A stretch of 64,000 nucleotides of DNA from Vampirovibrionales bacterium (GTDB taxonomy: Bacteria > Cyanobacteriota > Vampirovibrionia > Vampirovibrionales > Vampirovibrionaceae): the NCBI GenBank assembly GCA_029866025.1, contig JARXAD010000011.1, positions 24,306-88,305 of the forward strand, given 5' to 3'. Shown piece by piece: positions 27,975 through 41,239 of this stretch. The notes below the pieces were generated by a model. That model saw only the letters and a program-made list of their open reading frames with translations. It was not told the DNA's origin and made no database searches. Made by a program: the position numbers and the translations under genes. Within the stretch, counting starts at the first letter, position 1. Each line of letters begins with the position of its first letter.

Positions 27975-28721
27975 CTAATTAGCGCTGCCCACACCATCCA
28001 CACGCTTTATAAAGCTGTTACGGTCCAGCATGGTGTTGCCACGTGTACCGTCATCCACCAAGTCCTTCATACGGTCGCCACCCGTGCTTACATCGCGCAA
28101 GGTGCCCAATTGTCTGGCCATACCAGCCCCAATACCCGGCAGGCCCGGCATAATCATGGCACCGCCACTGTTAGCCAAGGTTTCCATCATCACTTCATTG
28201 CGCTGGGTCGCTCGTCCCATGGGGTCTACCCACGCCAGACTTTCTACCGTGGTGCCATTGGGAGCCACCGTGTAACCATCCAACACCATCACCTGGCCCG
28301 CCAGCTGGGGAGCATCTGGGACAGTAATAGGAAACACCACCACACCTTTGTCATTGGCCACCATTTCCAAGGTTTGGCAATCGCTGCCTACCTTCATGGG
28401 TTGGCCATCGGGCCGAAGCGCATAAGGACTGGAAGACTGTGAAAGCTTACCCAACGCCTCGGTTGTGAGGGTCTCAGCAGGGGGCACGGCATGGACTGGC
28501 GGGCTAAAGGCCACCACTACGGTGTAGCCTACCGGTGCTTTTACTATCACTTTTCCTGTTTCTCCCACTAACAGACGGGCAGGTAAATACAGGGTGGGCG
28601 GCTCTTTAATCAACTCACTAAGGCGAGACGCCGATGCAAAGGGCATCATAGCGGTTATTGCCGTTAAAAGCCCCATTGCCATAAAGCCAATGCATAACGA
28701 GAAGTGATGACGTTGGCGCAT
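27975..28721 (-). CDS. Hypothetical exported protein
   Basis: 248 aa with signal peptide (…MMPFASA) and a beta-rich body. Confidence 0.75.
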   Translation of the reverse strand: MRQRHHFSLCIGFMAMGLLTAITAMMPFASASRLSELIKEPPTLYLPARLLVGETGKVIVKAPVGYTVVVAFSPPVHAVPPAETLTTEALGKLSQSSSPYALRPDGQPMKVGSDCQTLEMVANDKGVVVFPITVPDAPQLAGQVMVLDGYTVAPNGTTVESLAWVDPMGRATQRNEVMMETLANSGGAMIMPGLPGIGAGMARQLGTLRDVSTGGDRMKDLVDDGTRGNTMLDRNSFIKRVDGVGSAN

Positions 28722-28811
28722 ACCTTACTCCTGTACTGGTGGCAGTCCTGTCTGTGTGGTTGAATAATAGCATTCCCCTCCATTGTTTTCCTAGTTGCGA
28801 GACTTTTTCTT

Positions 28812-29045
28812 ATGCTACCAATGTGGCTTAAATGGATTTTGATTGTGGCCCAAACCCTAAGCGCCCTTGTGCTGGTGGTACTGGTGCTTATCCACTCTCC
28901 CAAAGGCGATGGCTTGGGAGGCATTGGCGGCGCAGCCCAAGTGTTTACCAGCCAAAAAGGTGCCGATAGTGCCTTAATTAACACCACAAGCTGGGCTGCC
29001 ACCGTGTTTTTAACCACCTCGTTTTTGTTGGGCTACTACTGGTAA
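28812..29045 (+). CDS. secG: Preprotein translocase subunit SecG
   Basis: Two TM helices around LIHSPKGDGLGGIGG...F; followed by tRNA-Leu as in the common secG-tRNA-Leu arrangement. Confidence 0.92.
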   Translation: MLPMWLKWILIVAQTLSALVLVVLVLIHSPKGDGLGGIGGAAQVFTSQKGADSALINTTSWAATVFLTTSFLLGYYW

Positions 29046-29128
29046 GGCTTTAACCTTATTTTAAAAGAGCCCTTGAGCCCACGCTCCCTCGGTGTTACAG
29101 TAATCAACCCTTAACCGCTAACCTGTAT

Positions 29129-29208
29129 GCCGGTATGGCGGAATTGGTAGACGCATGCGACTCAAAATCGCACGGGAAACCTTGTCGGTTCGAGTCCGAC
29201 TACCGGCA
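29129..29208 (+). tRNA. tRNA-Leu(CAA)
   Basis: GCCGGTA/TACCGGC acceptor, GCGGAATTGGTAGACGC D-arm, TGCGA-CTCAAAA-TCGCA anticodon arm, variable arm, GTCGG-TTCGAGT-CCGAC T-arm; CCA not encoded. Confidence 0.96.
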
Positions 29209-29255
29209 TATTTTTAACATCTTTAACCGCTCGCAAGTCACAGCGTCCCAACCCC

Positions 29256-29345
29256 GCCACGGCGGAATGGGTAGACAATTATTAACCGCTCTGGCAACTC
29301 AACATCCCACGAGAAATCGTTTCGGTTCGAGTCCGACTACAGGCA
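29256..29345 (+). pseudogene. Degenerate tandem copy of tRNA-Leu
   Basis: GGCGGAATGGGTAGAC (D-arm copy), 16-nt insertion, decayed anticodon arm GGCAACTCAACATCCCA, then TCGGTTCGAGTCCGACTACAGGCA matching the 3' end of the tRNA. Confidence 0.75.
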
Positions 29346-29587
29346 TATTTTTTATTTTCTCTATTTTTAATTATTTCAAAAACGATACAACAAGAGCGAA
29401 TATAGACAATTTGGTTGGCTTTATACTAGAGTTTAAGTTAAAAGAGTTCAAAAGGATCCTGGCAACCAAAGGGATAAATAATTTAGAAGATCCTGACAAT
29501 TTTATTTATGCCATTGTGCCTATTAAGCGAAAAAACGTTGCGAAATTACTAAAGATAAACGTAAAACAAGGACTAATTGACAAATTC

Positions 29588-32883
<3,296 letters not shown>

Positions 32884-32889
32884 TACAGT

Positions 32890-33522
32890 TTAACCTCTGT
32901 CAATTTTATGGGCTGTTATCAAGTAGGTGGTATCTGGCGATTTTTTAGAGGGTATGGTTAAAACGCTTTCTTGGTGATACGCCGCTGTGACAGGCACTTC
33001 ATTCCATTGCAAGGTGTCTTGCAGCAGTTTTCGCCCCATATCCACAACGGAATACCGCCACGTCGGCCACGCTGTAATAAGCTGATTATTGGCCTTAACG
33101 GTATCTTGTGCGTCGGATTGGTTCGTATGTTTCCAGGCCCGAACAGTAACCATTGGCTTATCGAATTGAGGAGAAAAGGCGTTTTTAAATTTTTGATGGA
33201 GTGTGATTCGGTCTTCATACGACTCAAACAGATGGATAACCTTGTTAATCAAGCCATTGAGTGCAGGAAAGAAAGATAAAAAGACCTTGTCTTCGTACTT
33301 AGCAATGTGGGGCGCTTGTAACTGTTTTTCGTTAGTAAAATCAACTTTTTTAAAAAACTCATATTTTTCTGGGCTCAGAGAAGATTTTTCCGTACGCAAA
33401 TAAAGGTCGAGAGATTCTTTTAAATCCTTACGTGTCTCACCCGTTTCCTTTGTGTTTGCCTCTAGCAAACGACCAAAGTGAGGGAAAGCTTGAGGAGAAA
33501 AAGTCATGCTGGTCATGGGCAA
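32890..33522 (-). CDS. Hypothetical protein (N-terminal PHFG motif)
   Basis: 210 aa, AT-richer DNA, fills the gap between recognisable genes. Confidence 0.7.
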   Translation of the reverse strand: MPMTSMTFSPQAFPHFGRLLEANTKETGETRKDLKESLDLYLRTEKSSLSPEKYEFFKKVDFTNEKQLQAPHIAKYEDKVFLSFFPALNGLINKVIHLFESYEDRITLHQKFKNAFSPQFDKPMVTVRAWKHTNQSDAQDTVKANNQLITAWPTWRYSVVDMGRKLLQDTLQWNEVPVTAAYHQESVLTIPSKKSPDTTYLITAHKIDRG

Positions 33523-33588
33523 CCATCCTAAACAACGGGCAAATAAATTGAATTGTACCTATTAAACACCCATCCAAGGTGCCAATTG

Positions 33589-34197
33589 CTATGTGGGCGT
33601 ATTTTCAGACACCAATTGTAACGATTCTGTTACTAAATCCTGATGAGCGTCTGGGTTTAGGTGCTCTAGCCCAATGGCCCACTCGGTTTGGGCACCTTCA
33701 AAGCGGGTGTTGGCGAGAGTGGCATCGGTAAAGGTGGCGTCATTCAAGTGGGCTTCTGTAAACACGGCATCGGTTAGGTCCGCATCGCAAAAGTTGGCTT
33801 CATTGGCCACCACCTTGGTAAAGTTGGATTCCGCCAAACTGGCCCCTTGCAGCACTGCCAGGGTAAACGTGCTGCCCGTAAAATCCGCCTCTTCGGCCTT
33901 GGCCATACACAAGCTGGCTTCCGTAAAATCGGCATTGTGGGCGTCGGCCAAAATCAGGCTGGCCTCCACTAAAAAGGCGTGGGCAAAATCGCAGTTGCTA
34001 ATGTCGGCGTTGCTGAGGTTAATACCCGTTAAATCCATGAGGGCAAAGCTAACGCCGCTTAAGTCCAGTTCGCCATAACCCGTCTCTCGCCGGGCGGCAT
34101 TAAAGGCGTCTACGCCATATTCATTAAGCAAAGCCACCCAGTCGGCTTTACTGCGGGGAGTTTTGGAGAGATTGGGAGAAGGGGTAGCGTCAGTCAT
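33589..34197 (-). CDS. Pentapeptide repeat protein
   Basis: Continuous A(D/N)(L/F)xx repeats: ANFCD ADLTD AVFTE AHLND ATFTD ATLAN. Confidence 0.95.
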   Translation of the reverse strand: MTDATPSPNLSKTPRSKADWVALLNEYGVDAFNAARRETGYGELDLSGVSFALMDLTGINLSNADISNCDFAHAFLVEASLILADAHNADFTEASLCMAKAEEADFTGSTFTLAVLQGASLAESNFTKVVANEANFCDADLTDAVFTEAHLNDATFTDATLANTRFEGAQTEWAIGLEHLNPDAHQDLVTESLQLVSENTPT

Positions 34198-34456
34198 GAC
34201 CTTAGTCTACAAGGACTCGGGCTATATTCCAACCGTTCTTTAATAAAAACCCAGCTTGCTGGGAGCGTTATACCTTTCCAATAGGAAAAGGCGTCTCAAC
34301 CGAACCTTTATCAATGGCCCCGTTGGGGCCTGGGAAGAATTACCTAGGGAGCAGGACGAGAAGATGGGTAGTTGTCCTCACGAAGAGCGGCGGAAAAATC
34401 GGTATCTTAATAACATCAACCCACACACCTTCCCACAGCATCAAGGAGATAACCCC

Positions 34457-34888
34457 ATGCACGTTCAGTTTGCTAATAACCCTCATAGCAAAAAACCCTT
34501 TGGCTATGATTCGCCCGACGTAATGCTCGACCAATTTTTAGCTCACCTATTGGGAGATGCCCCCTTGGATACCTACACCCAAACGAGTAATAACGACGTT
34601 AAAAACACTGCCCCATCGGCTCCCAAAGCGGATAGCAAAGCCGGTACTGTGGAAACCGTGCAGCGGGTGTTTAACCCAGCAAAAAACTCTCCCAAAATCC
34701 CAAGTATTGGTTCAGCGGTAAAAATCGGCATCGGATCCTTCATTAAAGCCGCCCTGGTTACACCCTTTTACTTTGTGTGCCGGTTACTGGGCATGCCCAA
34801 GCTAAGTTTTATGCAGCGTGCGGCTGTGATTGGCGGTAACAGCGTGTACCAAGGCTATGTGAAACCCGCTTTTTCCCTAAATGCCTAA
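34457..34888 (+). CDS. Hypothetical protein (N-terminal KPFG motif, C-terminal hydrophobic helices)
   Basis: AAGGAG RBS before ATG 34457; 143 aa. Confidence 0.7.
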   Translation: MHVQFANNPHSKKPFGYDSPDVMLDQFLAHLLGDAPLDTYTQTSNNDVKNTAPSAPKADSKAGTVETVQRVFNPAKNSPKIPSIGSAVKIGIGSFIKAALVTPFYFVCRLLGMPKLSFMQRAAVIGGNSVYQGYVKPAFSLNA

Positions 34889-35048
34889 CCATCGTTTTAC
34901 AGAGAGAGCCCGTGTGTGAACGGGATGTTGCCAAATTCTCCGCCCCCGATGTTAACGCCCTGCCCGGTGCCAACCCCGCAGTAGGCGATTCGGGGATTTC
35001 TTTTTGGGTTTGACGCAAGGCCGGACAGCGCGCTACTCTAGCGTTATT

Positions 35049-36227
35049 ATGTCGACTACTTTTACCAACTACCTGCCCACCAAGCCCACCAAAATTGCGG
35101 TGGCCATGAGCGGCGGCGTGGACAGCAACACCACCGCTTGGCTACTCAAACAAGCGGGCCACGAGCTGGTAGGCTTTACGGCGTGGACCTTGGACGGGCC
35201 CGGCAAATGCTGCAACGATGCCCTCATCCATGCGGGGCGCATGTGCGATCGGTTGGGCATTCCGTACGACACGGTGGACTTACGCGCCGAGTTTAAGCAC
35301 TTTGTGATGGACTACTACGAAAATAACTACGCCGCAGGCCTAACCCCCAACCCGTGTGTGGAGTGCAACGAACACGTAAAGTGGGAACGCCTCGTGGGCT
35401 ACGCCCGAGAAACATGGGGCGTGGAATACGTAGCCACGGGTCACTATGCTCAAGTGCACCACCACACCGACGGCCCTCGCAAGGGTGACGTCAGCATTTT
35501 TCGCAGCGTCGATGAGCGCAAAGACCAAACTTACATGATGGCCCATGTGCGCCCTGATGACTTTAAGCACGCCTTGTTTCCGCTGGGTCACATGACCAAG
35601 CCCGACGTGGTAAACATCGCCAAAGAAGCGGAAATTCCAGAAGCCGACGGCAAGGAAAGCCAAGACGTGTGCTTTGTGATGGACGGCCATGCCAACTACA
35701 TGGCAGGCCTGCTGGGCAAAAAAACCGGCCCCATTGTGGATATTGACGAAAATCGGGTGCTGGGCACCCACGATGGCTTTTACGGCTTTACCATCGGGCA
35801 GCGTAAGGGTATCAATGTATCGGCCAACCGGCCCGTGTATGTGATTAAGCTGGATGCCAAAACCAACACGGTGTATGTGGGCAACCCGCAACACTTAGAG
35901 ACCAGCCATTTTACGGTACTCAAGCCTCACTGGTTATCGCCCCGATTTTCAGAGCCCTTGGCCGAGGGTAAAACCCTGACCACCATGGCGAAAATTCGCT
36001 ATGGGTCGGCGCCAGCGCTGGCAACCGTTACCGTGGGAGAGGTGCCCAATACCCTGTCGGTAAGTTTAAAAACCCCACTCAGTGCGGTAACCCCTGGGCA
36101 AATTTGTGCCTTTTACGACCCTGATTTTGTGGAGTTGTATGGCGGTGGCTACATTGAGGCCTACCTGCCCCAAGCCCCCACCCATGATTTCCCAGCCATG
36201 GCACCGCTGGCCGCCTGTGAATTGTAA
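35049..36227 (+). CDS. mnmA: tRNA-specific 2-thiouridylase MnmA
   Basis: VAMSGGVDS, TPNPCVECN, ATGHYA, KDQTY, ESQDVCF, FTIGQRKG, VTPGQ. Start moved to ATG 35049. Confidence 0.96.
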   Translation: MSTTFTNYLPTKPTKIAVAMSGGVDSNTTAWLLKQAGHELVGFTAWTLDGPGKCCNDALIHAGRMCDRLGIPYDTVDLRAEFKHFVMDYYENNYAAGLTPNPCVECNEHVKWERLVGYARETWGVEYVATGHYAQVHHHTDGPRKGDVSIFRSVDERKDQTYMMAHVRPDDFKHALFPLGHMTKPDVVNIAKEAEIPEADGKESQDVCFVMDGHANYMAGLLGKKTGPIVDIDENRVLGTHDGFYGFTIGQRKGINVSANRPVYVIKLDAKTNTVYVGNPQHLETSHFTVLKPHWLSPRFSEPLAEGKTLTTMAKIRYGSAPALATVTVGEVPNTLSVSLKTPLSAVTPGQICAFYDPDFVELYGGGYIEAYLPQAPTHDFPAMAPLAACEL

Positions 36228-36316
36228 TAATCGTTAACTAATATCATCGTGGCCTAGCAACATTTTATCTTCAGGGGGCTTTATGTGGGTATTCGCCCTT
36301 GTTACGGTAAGTTGTT

Positions 36317-37393
36317 ATGCAAGCAGCCCATTTTTCGTCTTATCCGGCTTATCCCATTAGAGGGATTGGACTTGCATCAAATGCTTTAAGTTGTCCGGCC
36401 TTAAGGCCATTGTTTACCACTCAATTTAGTAGTGATATCAATACGACTGGAAAGTCAAACACACAGACGCTGCAACAGCACGTGGAAGCCTTAGCCAAAT
36501 TGGATCGTTCCTTTGAGAACGTAACGGGGTTGAACCAAGCAGCCGATTACATCAAACGTCAGTGGATTGCCCAAGGGTTTGAGGTGACTGAGCAGCCGTT
36601 TAAAGTTGACGGCAAAATCTATAAAAATTTGATGGTTTCTCTGGGCCCACAAACAAAGGAGCGGCTTATTGTGGGGGCTCATTACGATGTGTGTGCCCAC
36701 GAACCCAGTACCTCCCAGTTTGAAACCGCAACAATCATGGATGCCATTCGATTCCATCGCACAAAAAAGCCGATTCGCTATAAGGAACGGCATGATATGC
36801 CGGGGGCCGATGATAATGCCAGTGGCGTTGCAGGACTTTTGGAAATGTCTCGTCTACTCAAGGCCAAAGAGAGCACTTTAACAAAGCGGATGGATTTAAT
36901 TGCCTTTACCACGGAAGAACCTCCAAATTTTGACACCGATGATATGGGAAGTGCCCGTCATGCCGCATCTATTAAAGGAGAGTCGCACCATGTAAAAGGC
37001 ATGATTTCTCTGGATATGATTGGTTATTTTCGGGATGAGAGCAACACTCAAAAATACCCGATTCCCTTCTTAAATTGGATTATGGGAAACAAAGGAAACT
37101 ACATTAGTGTATTGGGTGATTTAAAAGCGTGGCGTTTGGTCAAAACTTTGAAAAACGCTATCAAGCAAAACACAACGTTGCCGGTTCATTGGCTTAGTTT
37201 GCCTTCCTTCTTTCCGGGTGTGCATTTGTCCGATCATTTAAACTATGCTCGACAAGGTATTCCTTCTGTAATTGTGACGGATACAGCCTATTTTAGAAAT
37301 CCCCACTACCACCAACACACCGATACCCCAGAAACACTGGACTACACAAGGATGGGGAAAGTAGTTGATGGCGTGCTGGGAAGCCTAACTTAA
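36317..37393 (+). CDS. M28 family metallopeptidase
   Basis: VGAHYD, GADDNASGVAGLLE, FTTEE, SLDMIG, SDH, YHQHTDT. Confidence 0.9.
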   Translation: MQAAHFSSYPAYPIRGIGLASNALSCPALRPLFTTQFSSDINTTGKSNTQTLQQHVEALAKLDRSFENVTGLNQAADYIKRQWIAQGFEVTEQPFKVDGKIYKNLMVSLGPQTKERLIVGAHYDVCAHEPSTSQFETATIMDAIRFHRTKKPIRYKERHDMPGADDNASGVAGLLEMSRLLKAKESTLTKRMDLIAFTTEEPPNFDTDDMGSARHAASIKGESHHVKGMISLDMIGYFRDESNTQKYPIPFLNWIMGNKGNYISVLGDLKAWRLVKTLKNAIKQNTTLPVHWLSLPSFFPGVHLSDHLNYARQGIPSVIVTDTAYFRNPHYHQHTDTPETLDYTRMGKVVDGVLGSLT

Positions 37394-37575
37394 GCGCTGG
37401 GTTGCAACCACGCCAAATAGCCTTTTAAAAAGGTCTTGCAGTCATCCCCCAAAATGGTGGCGCTACCAGCCATCAAAGTGACTTCCAACCGATCCGGCGG
37501 GTGTTTAAACACCGCCGTTACTTGGTGGTAGGGCACAATCATCTCACTGTTATGAAAAAATCCGGCGTCGCTCAT
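37390..37575 (-). CDS. Small hypothetical protein (61 aa)
   Basis: GGAG before ATG 37575; protein-like composition; fills the gap between the M28 and M48 genes. Confidence 0.5.
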   Translation of the reverse strand: MSDAGFFHNSEMIVPYHQVTAVFKHPPDRLEVTLMAGSATILGDDCKTFLKGYLAWLQPSA

Positions 37576-37706
37576 GGGACGTTCTCCTAGGGGGGGTAGG
37601 GGCACCCCGCACATTGTACGGCATCTTCCTATTATACTGTTAGAATTTCAAGCAGTACCGCTAGATGTTGGTTTGCGTGTTGGTTTACGGTGTGCAGGTG
37701 GTTTCT

Positions 37707-38432
37707 ATGAGTCATTTTTACTTAGGGTTGGCGTTACTGGCGGTCATGACCGTGACATGGGAAGCCCCATCCAGCTGGGCACAGGGGGCAACCCAGCCCT
37801 ACCAAGCCAGTACCCAAATGTACGTGCCGTACACAACCACTACTCAAACCCTAGCGGGTACACCGCAGCAGCAAGGAGAAGCCATTTTAAAGCGGCTATT
37901 GTCTGCCAATGGCATTGACCCCTTAAAAGCCCCGCCCTTTAAAATCACCCCTGAAAACAGCCTAAACGCTGCCACGGATGGAAAATCCATTATTTTTACG
38001 GAAAAACTATGGAACACCCTTACCACTACGGATCAGCGGGCCTTTGTTATCGGCCATGAGCTGGCTCACATTCAGCGCAATCACATTCCTAAAACCGTGG
38101 GGCGACAGGTGGGGTTGTCACTTCTTAGCCGTGCTGTGGGTAGTTGGTTGTCTAAAAGCCCAGCCACGGTTGGCACGGCGCTGGCCAGTCAAGTAACTCA
38201 GGCCAGTTTAGCCTTGGCCGACATTCGTTTCTCTCGCAGCAATGAGTATGACGCCGATAGAGCAGGGTTGGTTTTGGTTCGTCAGGCTGGGTTTAACCCA
38301 CAAGGCGCACTAGAAACCCTAACCATTTTAGAAAGAAACAATTCCAGCACACAGCCTGGCTTTTTACGCAGCCATCCTCTTAGCCGCCAGCGCATGGAGG
38401 CCTTGGTTCGGGAAATGCAAGGGCTCACTTAG
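37707..38432 (+). CDS. M48 family zinc metallopeptidase, exported
   Basis: Signal peptide, NAATDG, AFVIGHELAH (HExxH), FSRSNEYDADRAG, FLRSHP. Confidence 0.92.
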   Translation: MSHFYLGLALLAVMTVTWEAPSSWAQGATQPYQASTQMYVPYTTTTQTLAGTPQQQGEAILKRLLSANGIDPLKAPPFKITPENSLNAATDGKSIIFTEKLWNTLTTTDQRAFVIGHELAHIQRNHIPKTVGRQVGLSLLSRAVGSWLSKSPATVGTALASQVTQASLALADIRFSRSNEYDADRAGLVLVRQAGFNPQGALETLTILERNNSSTQPGFLRSHPLSRQRMEALVREMQGLT

Positions 38433-38441
38433 ATCTATTGT

Positions 38442-38843
38442 TTACATCCTGTTGGTGTAACGGTACCAGTCCGAACTGGAGATGTTTTGGCTATTACCAT
38501 CATATTTAGAAATTTGATCGATGGCATTGATAAAAAACACCTCCCTTTTGAGAGGGGTGCCAGAGCTATAGTCTATTTTTTTCGCTTCCCGCGCAGCTTC
38601 TAAGTAGTGTCCAAATGCAGCCAGAAAGTTTTCGGGTACTGCTTTGTGCTGTTGTTGGTACCACTTTTTTTGGCTGGCAGACAATTTCATATTGCCCAAG
38701 CGCTCTCGGCCCTTATCCAACTCTGTATCCACCAATTTACCATCACGGTTGGTATCGGCCCATTTGGCAATCGATTTCATGGTTTTTGTTGAAAAATTTC
38801 CGACAAAAGGATCAACGGGGGGCATATCAGCTCTTTCTCTCAT
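38442..38843 (-). CDS. EF-hand-like hypothetical protein, paralog A
   Basis: WADTNRDGKLVDTEL fits the EF-hand loop pattern; clearly paralogous to 38988..39392. Confidence 0.75.
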   Translation of the reverse strand: MRERADMPPVDPFVGNFSTKTMKSIAKWADTNRDGKLVDTELDKGRERLGNMKLSASQKKWYQQQHKAVPENFLAAFGHYLEAAREAKKIDYSSGTPLKREVFFINAIDQISKYDGNSQNISSSDWYRYTNRM

Positions 38844-38987
38844 GTGATGTCAAAAACACTTATAATAATAAAAACGATAATTAAGATAAAATTGCGTTCG
38901 GTTATAGATGGATATTGGTTGTGTCCGGACTGTCACCCGCTGAATCGTCAACGGATGGAGGCGTTGGTAAAAGAGATGGGTTAACGA

Positions 38988-39392
38988 CTACATCATTCCA
39001 GAGTAACGGTACCAATCTTGGCTTGAAATAGTGTTATTAATGCCATCATGCTGCGCAATGCTATCAATGGCGTTGATAAAGAAAGCAGACCCTGTAGGAG
39101 GGGAGCCAGAGCTATAGTCTAATTTTTTTGCTTCCCGCGCGGCTTCAAGATAATGCCCGTAACGATAGCCTAAATGTTCATAAGAAACACCAAACTGCTT
39201 CTGCTGTTGTGCCTGCTGCTGAGGGGTGTATTTCATTTGAACGAGCCGTTTCTTGGCCCGATCAATTTCAGAGGTGGTTAGTTTATTATCTTTGTTTCTA
39301 TCGGCCCATCTGCAAATAGACTTCATGGTTTTGGTGGACAATGTTATATCCAAAGGGCCTTTAAGGTTAAAGGATGGAAATGGATCAGCCAT
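38988..39392 (-). CDS. EF-hand-like hypothetical protein, paralog B
   Basis: WADRNKDNKLTTSEI; shares STKTMKSI, GHYLEAAREAKK, FFINAID and ISSxDWYRY with paralog A; GAGGAG RBS. Confidence 0.78.
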   Translation of the reverse strand: MADPFPSFNLKGPLDITLSTKTMKSICRWADRNKDNKLTTSEIDRAKKRLVQMKYTPQQQAQQQKQFGVSYEHLGYRYGHYLEAAREAKKLDYSSGSPPTGSAFFINAIDSIAQHDGINNTISSQDWYRYSGMM

Positions 39393-39632
39393 AAAATCGG
39401 TGAACTCCTCTTGATATGATATTTATAATAATAAAAACAATTATTTGGATAAAATTGCCCCCTATCCACTAATTGGTGGATTTATTCAGCAACTCAGCCG
39501 TTTGTATCAGGTGATGGGCGGGGCATTCTCTATAATAAGCCCACGCCATTGGCTTGCCGTGCCATTGCTATCCATGCAATCAGGCTTTGCTGCAACCCTA
39601 TTTAGGCCCGCTGTCAGGAGTTTTCGTTCCCT

Positions 39633-40547
39633 ATGGGATCCTCTGAAACATCACCGCTGCTTGCCCCCACTCAGGCCGAAGACGCCTTGGTCCCGTCCGT
39701 GGATGAGGCGGAAGCCACAGCGGAAGCGGCCACCAAACCGCGTCGCGATCCGCTAATTTTGGCGCCTGCCATGGACAAAGCCATGAGCAAGCCCCCCAAG
39801 GCCGATGTGACCCACTTGTGGCAAGCCTACAAGGCCGACCCTGATAACCGTCAGCTGCGTGAAAAACTGATTTTGCACTACCTGCATTTGGTGCGTTATG
39901 TGGTGAGTCGTTTGCCCATGACCTTACCCGTGAGTATTACCCAGGATGACTTGGTAAGCTACGGCACCTTGGGCCTCATGGAAAGTGTGGAACGCTTTGA
40001 CGTGACCCGCGGCCTAAAATTTGAAACCTATGCCATTACCCGCATTCGCGGCTCGATTATTGACCAGTTGCGCAGCCAAGATTGGATTCCGCGCGGTGTG
40101 CGGAAACGCACCAAATTGCTGCAAGAAGCCATGGTGGGCCTGCAACAACAGCTCAATCGCCCTCCCACAGAAGAAGAGCTGGCCAAGGCCATGGGGGTGG
40201 AAATTCCCAAGCTGCGCAGCATGCTGTCAGAAAGCAACAACCTCATGTTGTCGCTGGATGAGCACCGCAGCAGTGATGACGACAGCAACAGCCTCATTGA
40301 CACCATTCAAGACAACAACAGCCCGGATCCCCAAGGGGAACTGGAAGCCGTTGAGTTAAAAGATCGGTTGGCCAAGGCCATTAACGCCTTGCCCGAGCGA
40401 GAACGATTGTTGATTGCCTTGTATTACCACGAGAACATGACCCTGCGTGAAATCGGCCAAGTGCTGTCGGTGTCCGAATCTCGCGTGTGCCAGTTGCATG
40501 CCCAAGCGGTGATGCGCCTGAAAAACAAACTGGCCGAGTTTAAATAG
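39633..40547 (+). CDS. fliA: RNA polymerase sigma-28 factor (FliA/WhiG/SigD family)
   Basis: DDLVSYGTLGLMESVERFD, FETYAITRIRGSIIDQLRSQDWIPR, LSVSESRVCQLH. Confidence 0.93.
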   Translation: MGSSETSPLLAPTQAEDALVPSVDEAEATAEAATKPRRDPLILAPAMDKAMSKPPKADVTHLWQAYKADPDNRQLREKLILHYLHLVRYVVSRLPMTLPVSITQDDLVSYGTLGLMESVERFDVTRGLKFETYAITRIRGSIIDQLRSQDWIPRGVRKRTKLLQEAMVGLQQQLNRPPTEEELAKAMGVEIPKLRSMLSESNNLMLSLDEHRSSDDDSNSLIDTIQDNNSPDPQGELEAVELKDRLAKAINALPERERLLIALYYHENMTLREIGQVLSVSESRVCQLHAQAVMRLKNKLAEFK

Positions 40548-40551
40548 CACC

Positions 40552-41232
40552 ATGGCAATCCCCCTCGAACAGCTAAGACTAGGCTACTTGCTAATGAGTA
40601 TGCCCCTGCCCAACACCTATGTGGGCGGCTTGATGGTGACGGATTACCGAGGATTGCCGGTGGCCTTCCAGTACACCGAGCCCATTCAGCCCAACAGCAT
40701 TCAACAAATTTTGTACGGGCAGGTGCTTAGCCGTTACATCAAGCAAGAAGTGATTTTGGACACCCTGATGGGTAGCCTGCAAGAGGATGTGCATTGCTTG
40801 CTGGTAAGTGATGATCAGTTATTAGGGGCGACCTTGCCTGCCAAATCGGCTAACAAAATCGGTGGCAAAACGCGTGTATTACCACCCATCGTTCGCATCA
40901 GCGAGCCCTCCAGTGCCAACCGTCTCAGCAGCGCCGGAGCCGTGTCGCTTCAGGCCCCCGGCGATTGTTTATTACAACCCACGGCAGAGGCCAACCCTGT
41001 TCGGTTGCAGTGGGCCGTCGCTAGCAGTGGAGAAGGCGGAAAAGAGGCCGTCGCCTTACTTCCTTCCAACAGCAGTGCCAGTGGTGGAAATACTTCTGAA
41101 AGCAACGCCTTACCTCCGGTGATTAACGACGTGCTCTTACTGGCGTGCGCCACCATGGATTTGGTCGAACCACTGCGCCGCATTGAAAAAGCGCTGGAAT
41201 CCATTTGCGCCGAAGCAGGCATTAAAGGGTAA
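40552..41232 (+). CDS. Conserved-looking hypothetical protein
   Basis: 226 aa starting 4 nt after fliA; GGLMVTDYRGLPVAFQYTEPIQP...ILYG block. Confidence 0.75.
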   Translation: MAIPLEQLRLGYLLMSMPLPNTYVGGLMVTDYRGLPVAFQYTEPIQPNSIQQILYGQVLSRYIKQEVILDTLMGSLQEDVHCLLVSDDQLLGATLPAKSANKIGGKTRVLPPIVRISEPSSANRLSSAGAVSLQAPGDCLLQPTAEANPVRLQWAVASSGEGGKEAVALLPSNSSASGGNTSESNALPPVINDVLLLACATMDLVEPLRRIEKALESICAEAGIKG

Positions 41233-41239
41233 CCCCGCA

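Noticed and set aside
34912-35013. 33-aa GTG-start ORF MCERDVAKFSAPDVNALPGANPAVGDSGISFWV
   Set aside because: Weak RBS, overlaps a terminator-like hairpin and the mnmA promoter region; no supporting motif.
38892-38984. WLCPDCH, an HNH-like motif in a 30-codon TTG frame
   Set aside because: No preceding HNH His motif and far too short; the rest of the frame is the duplicated M48 tail.
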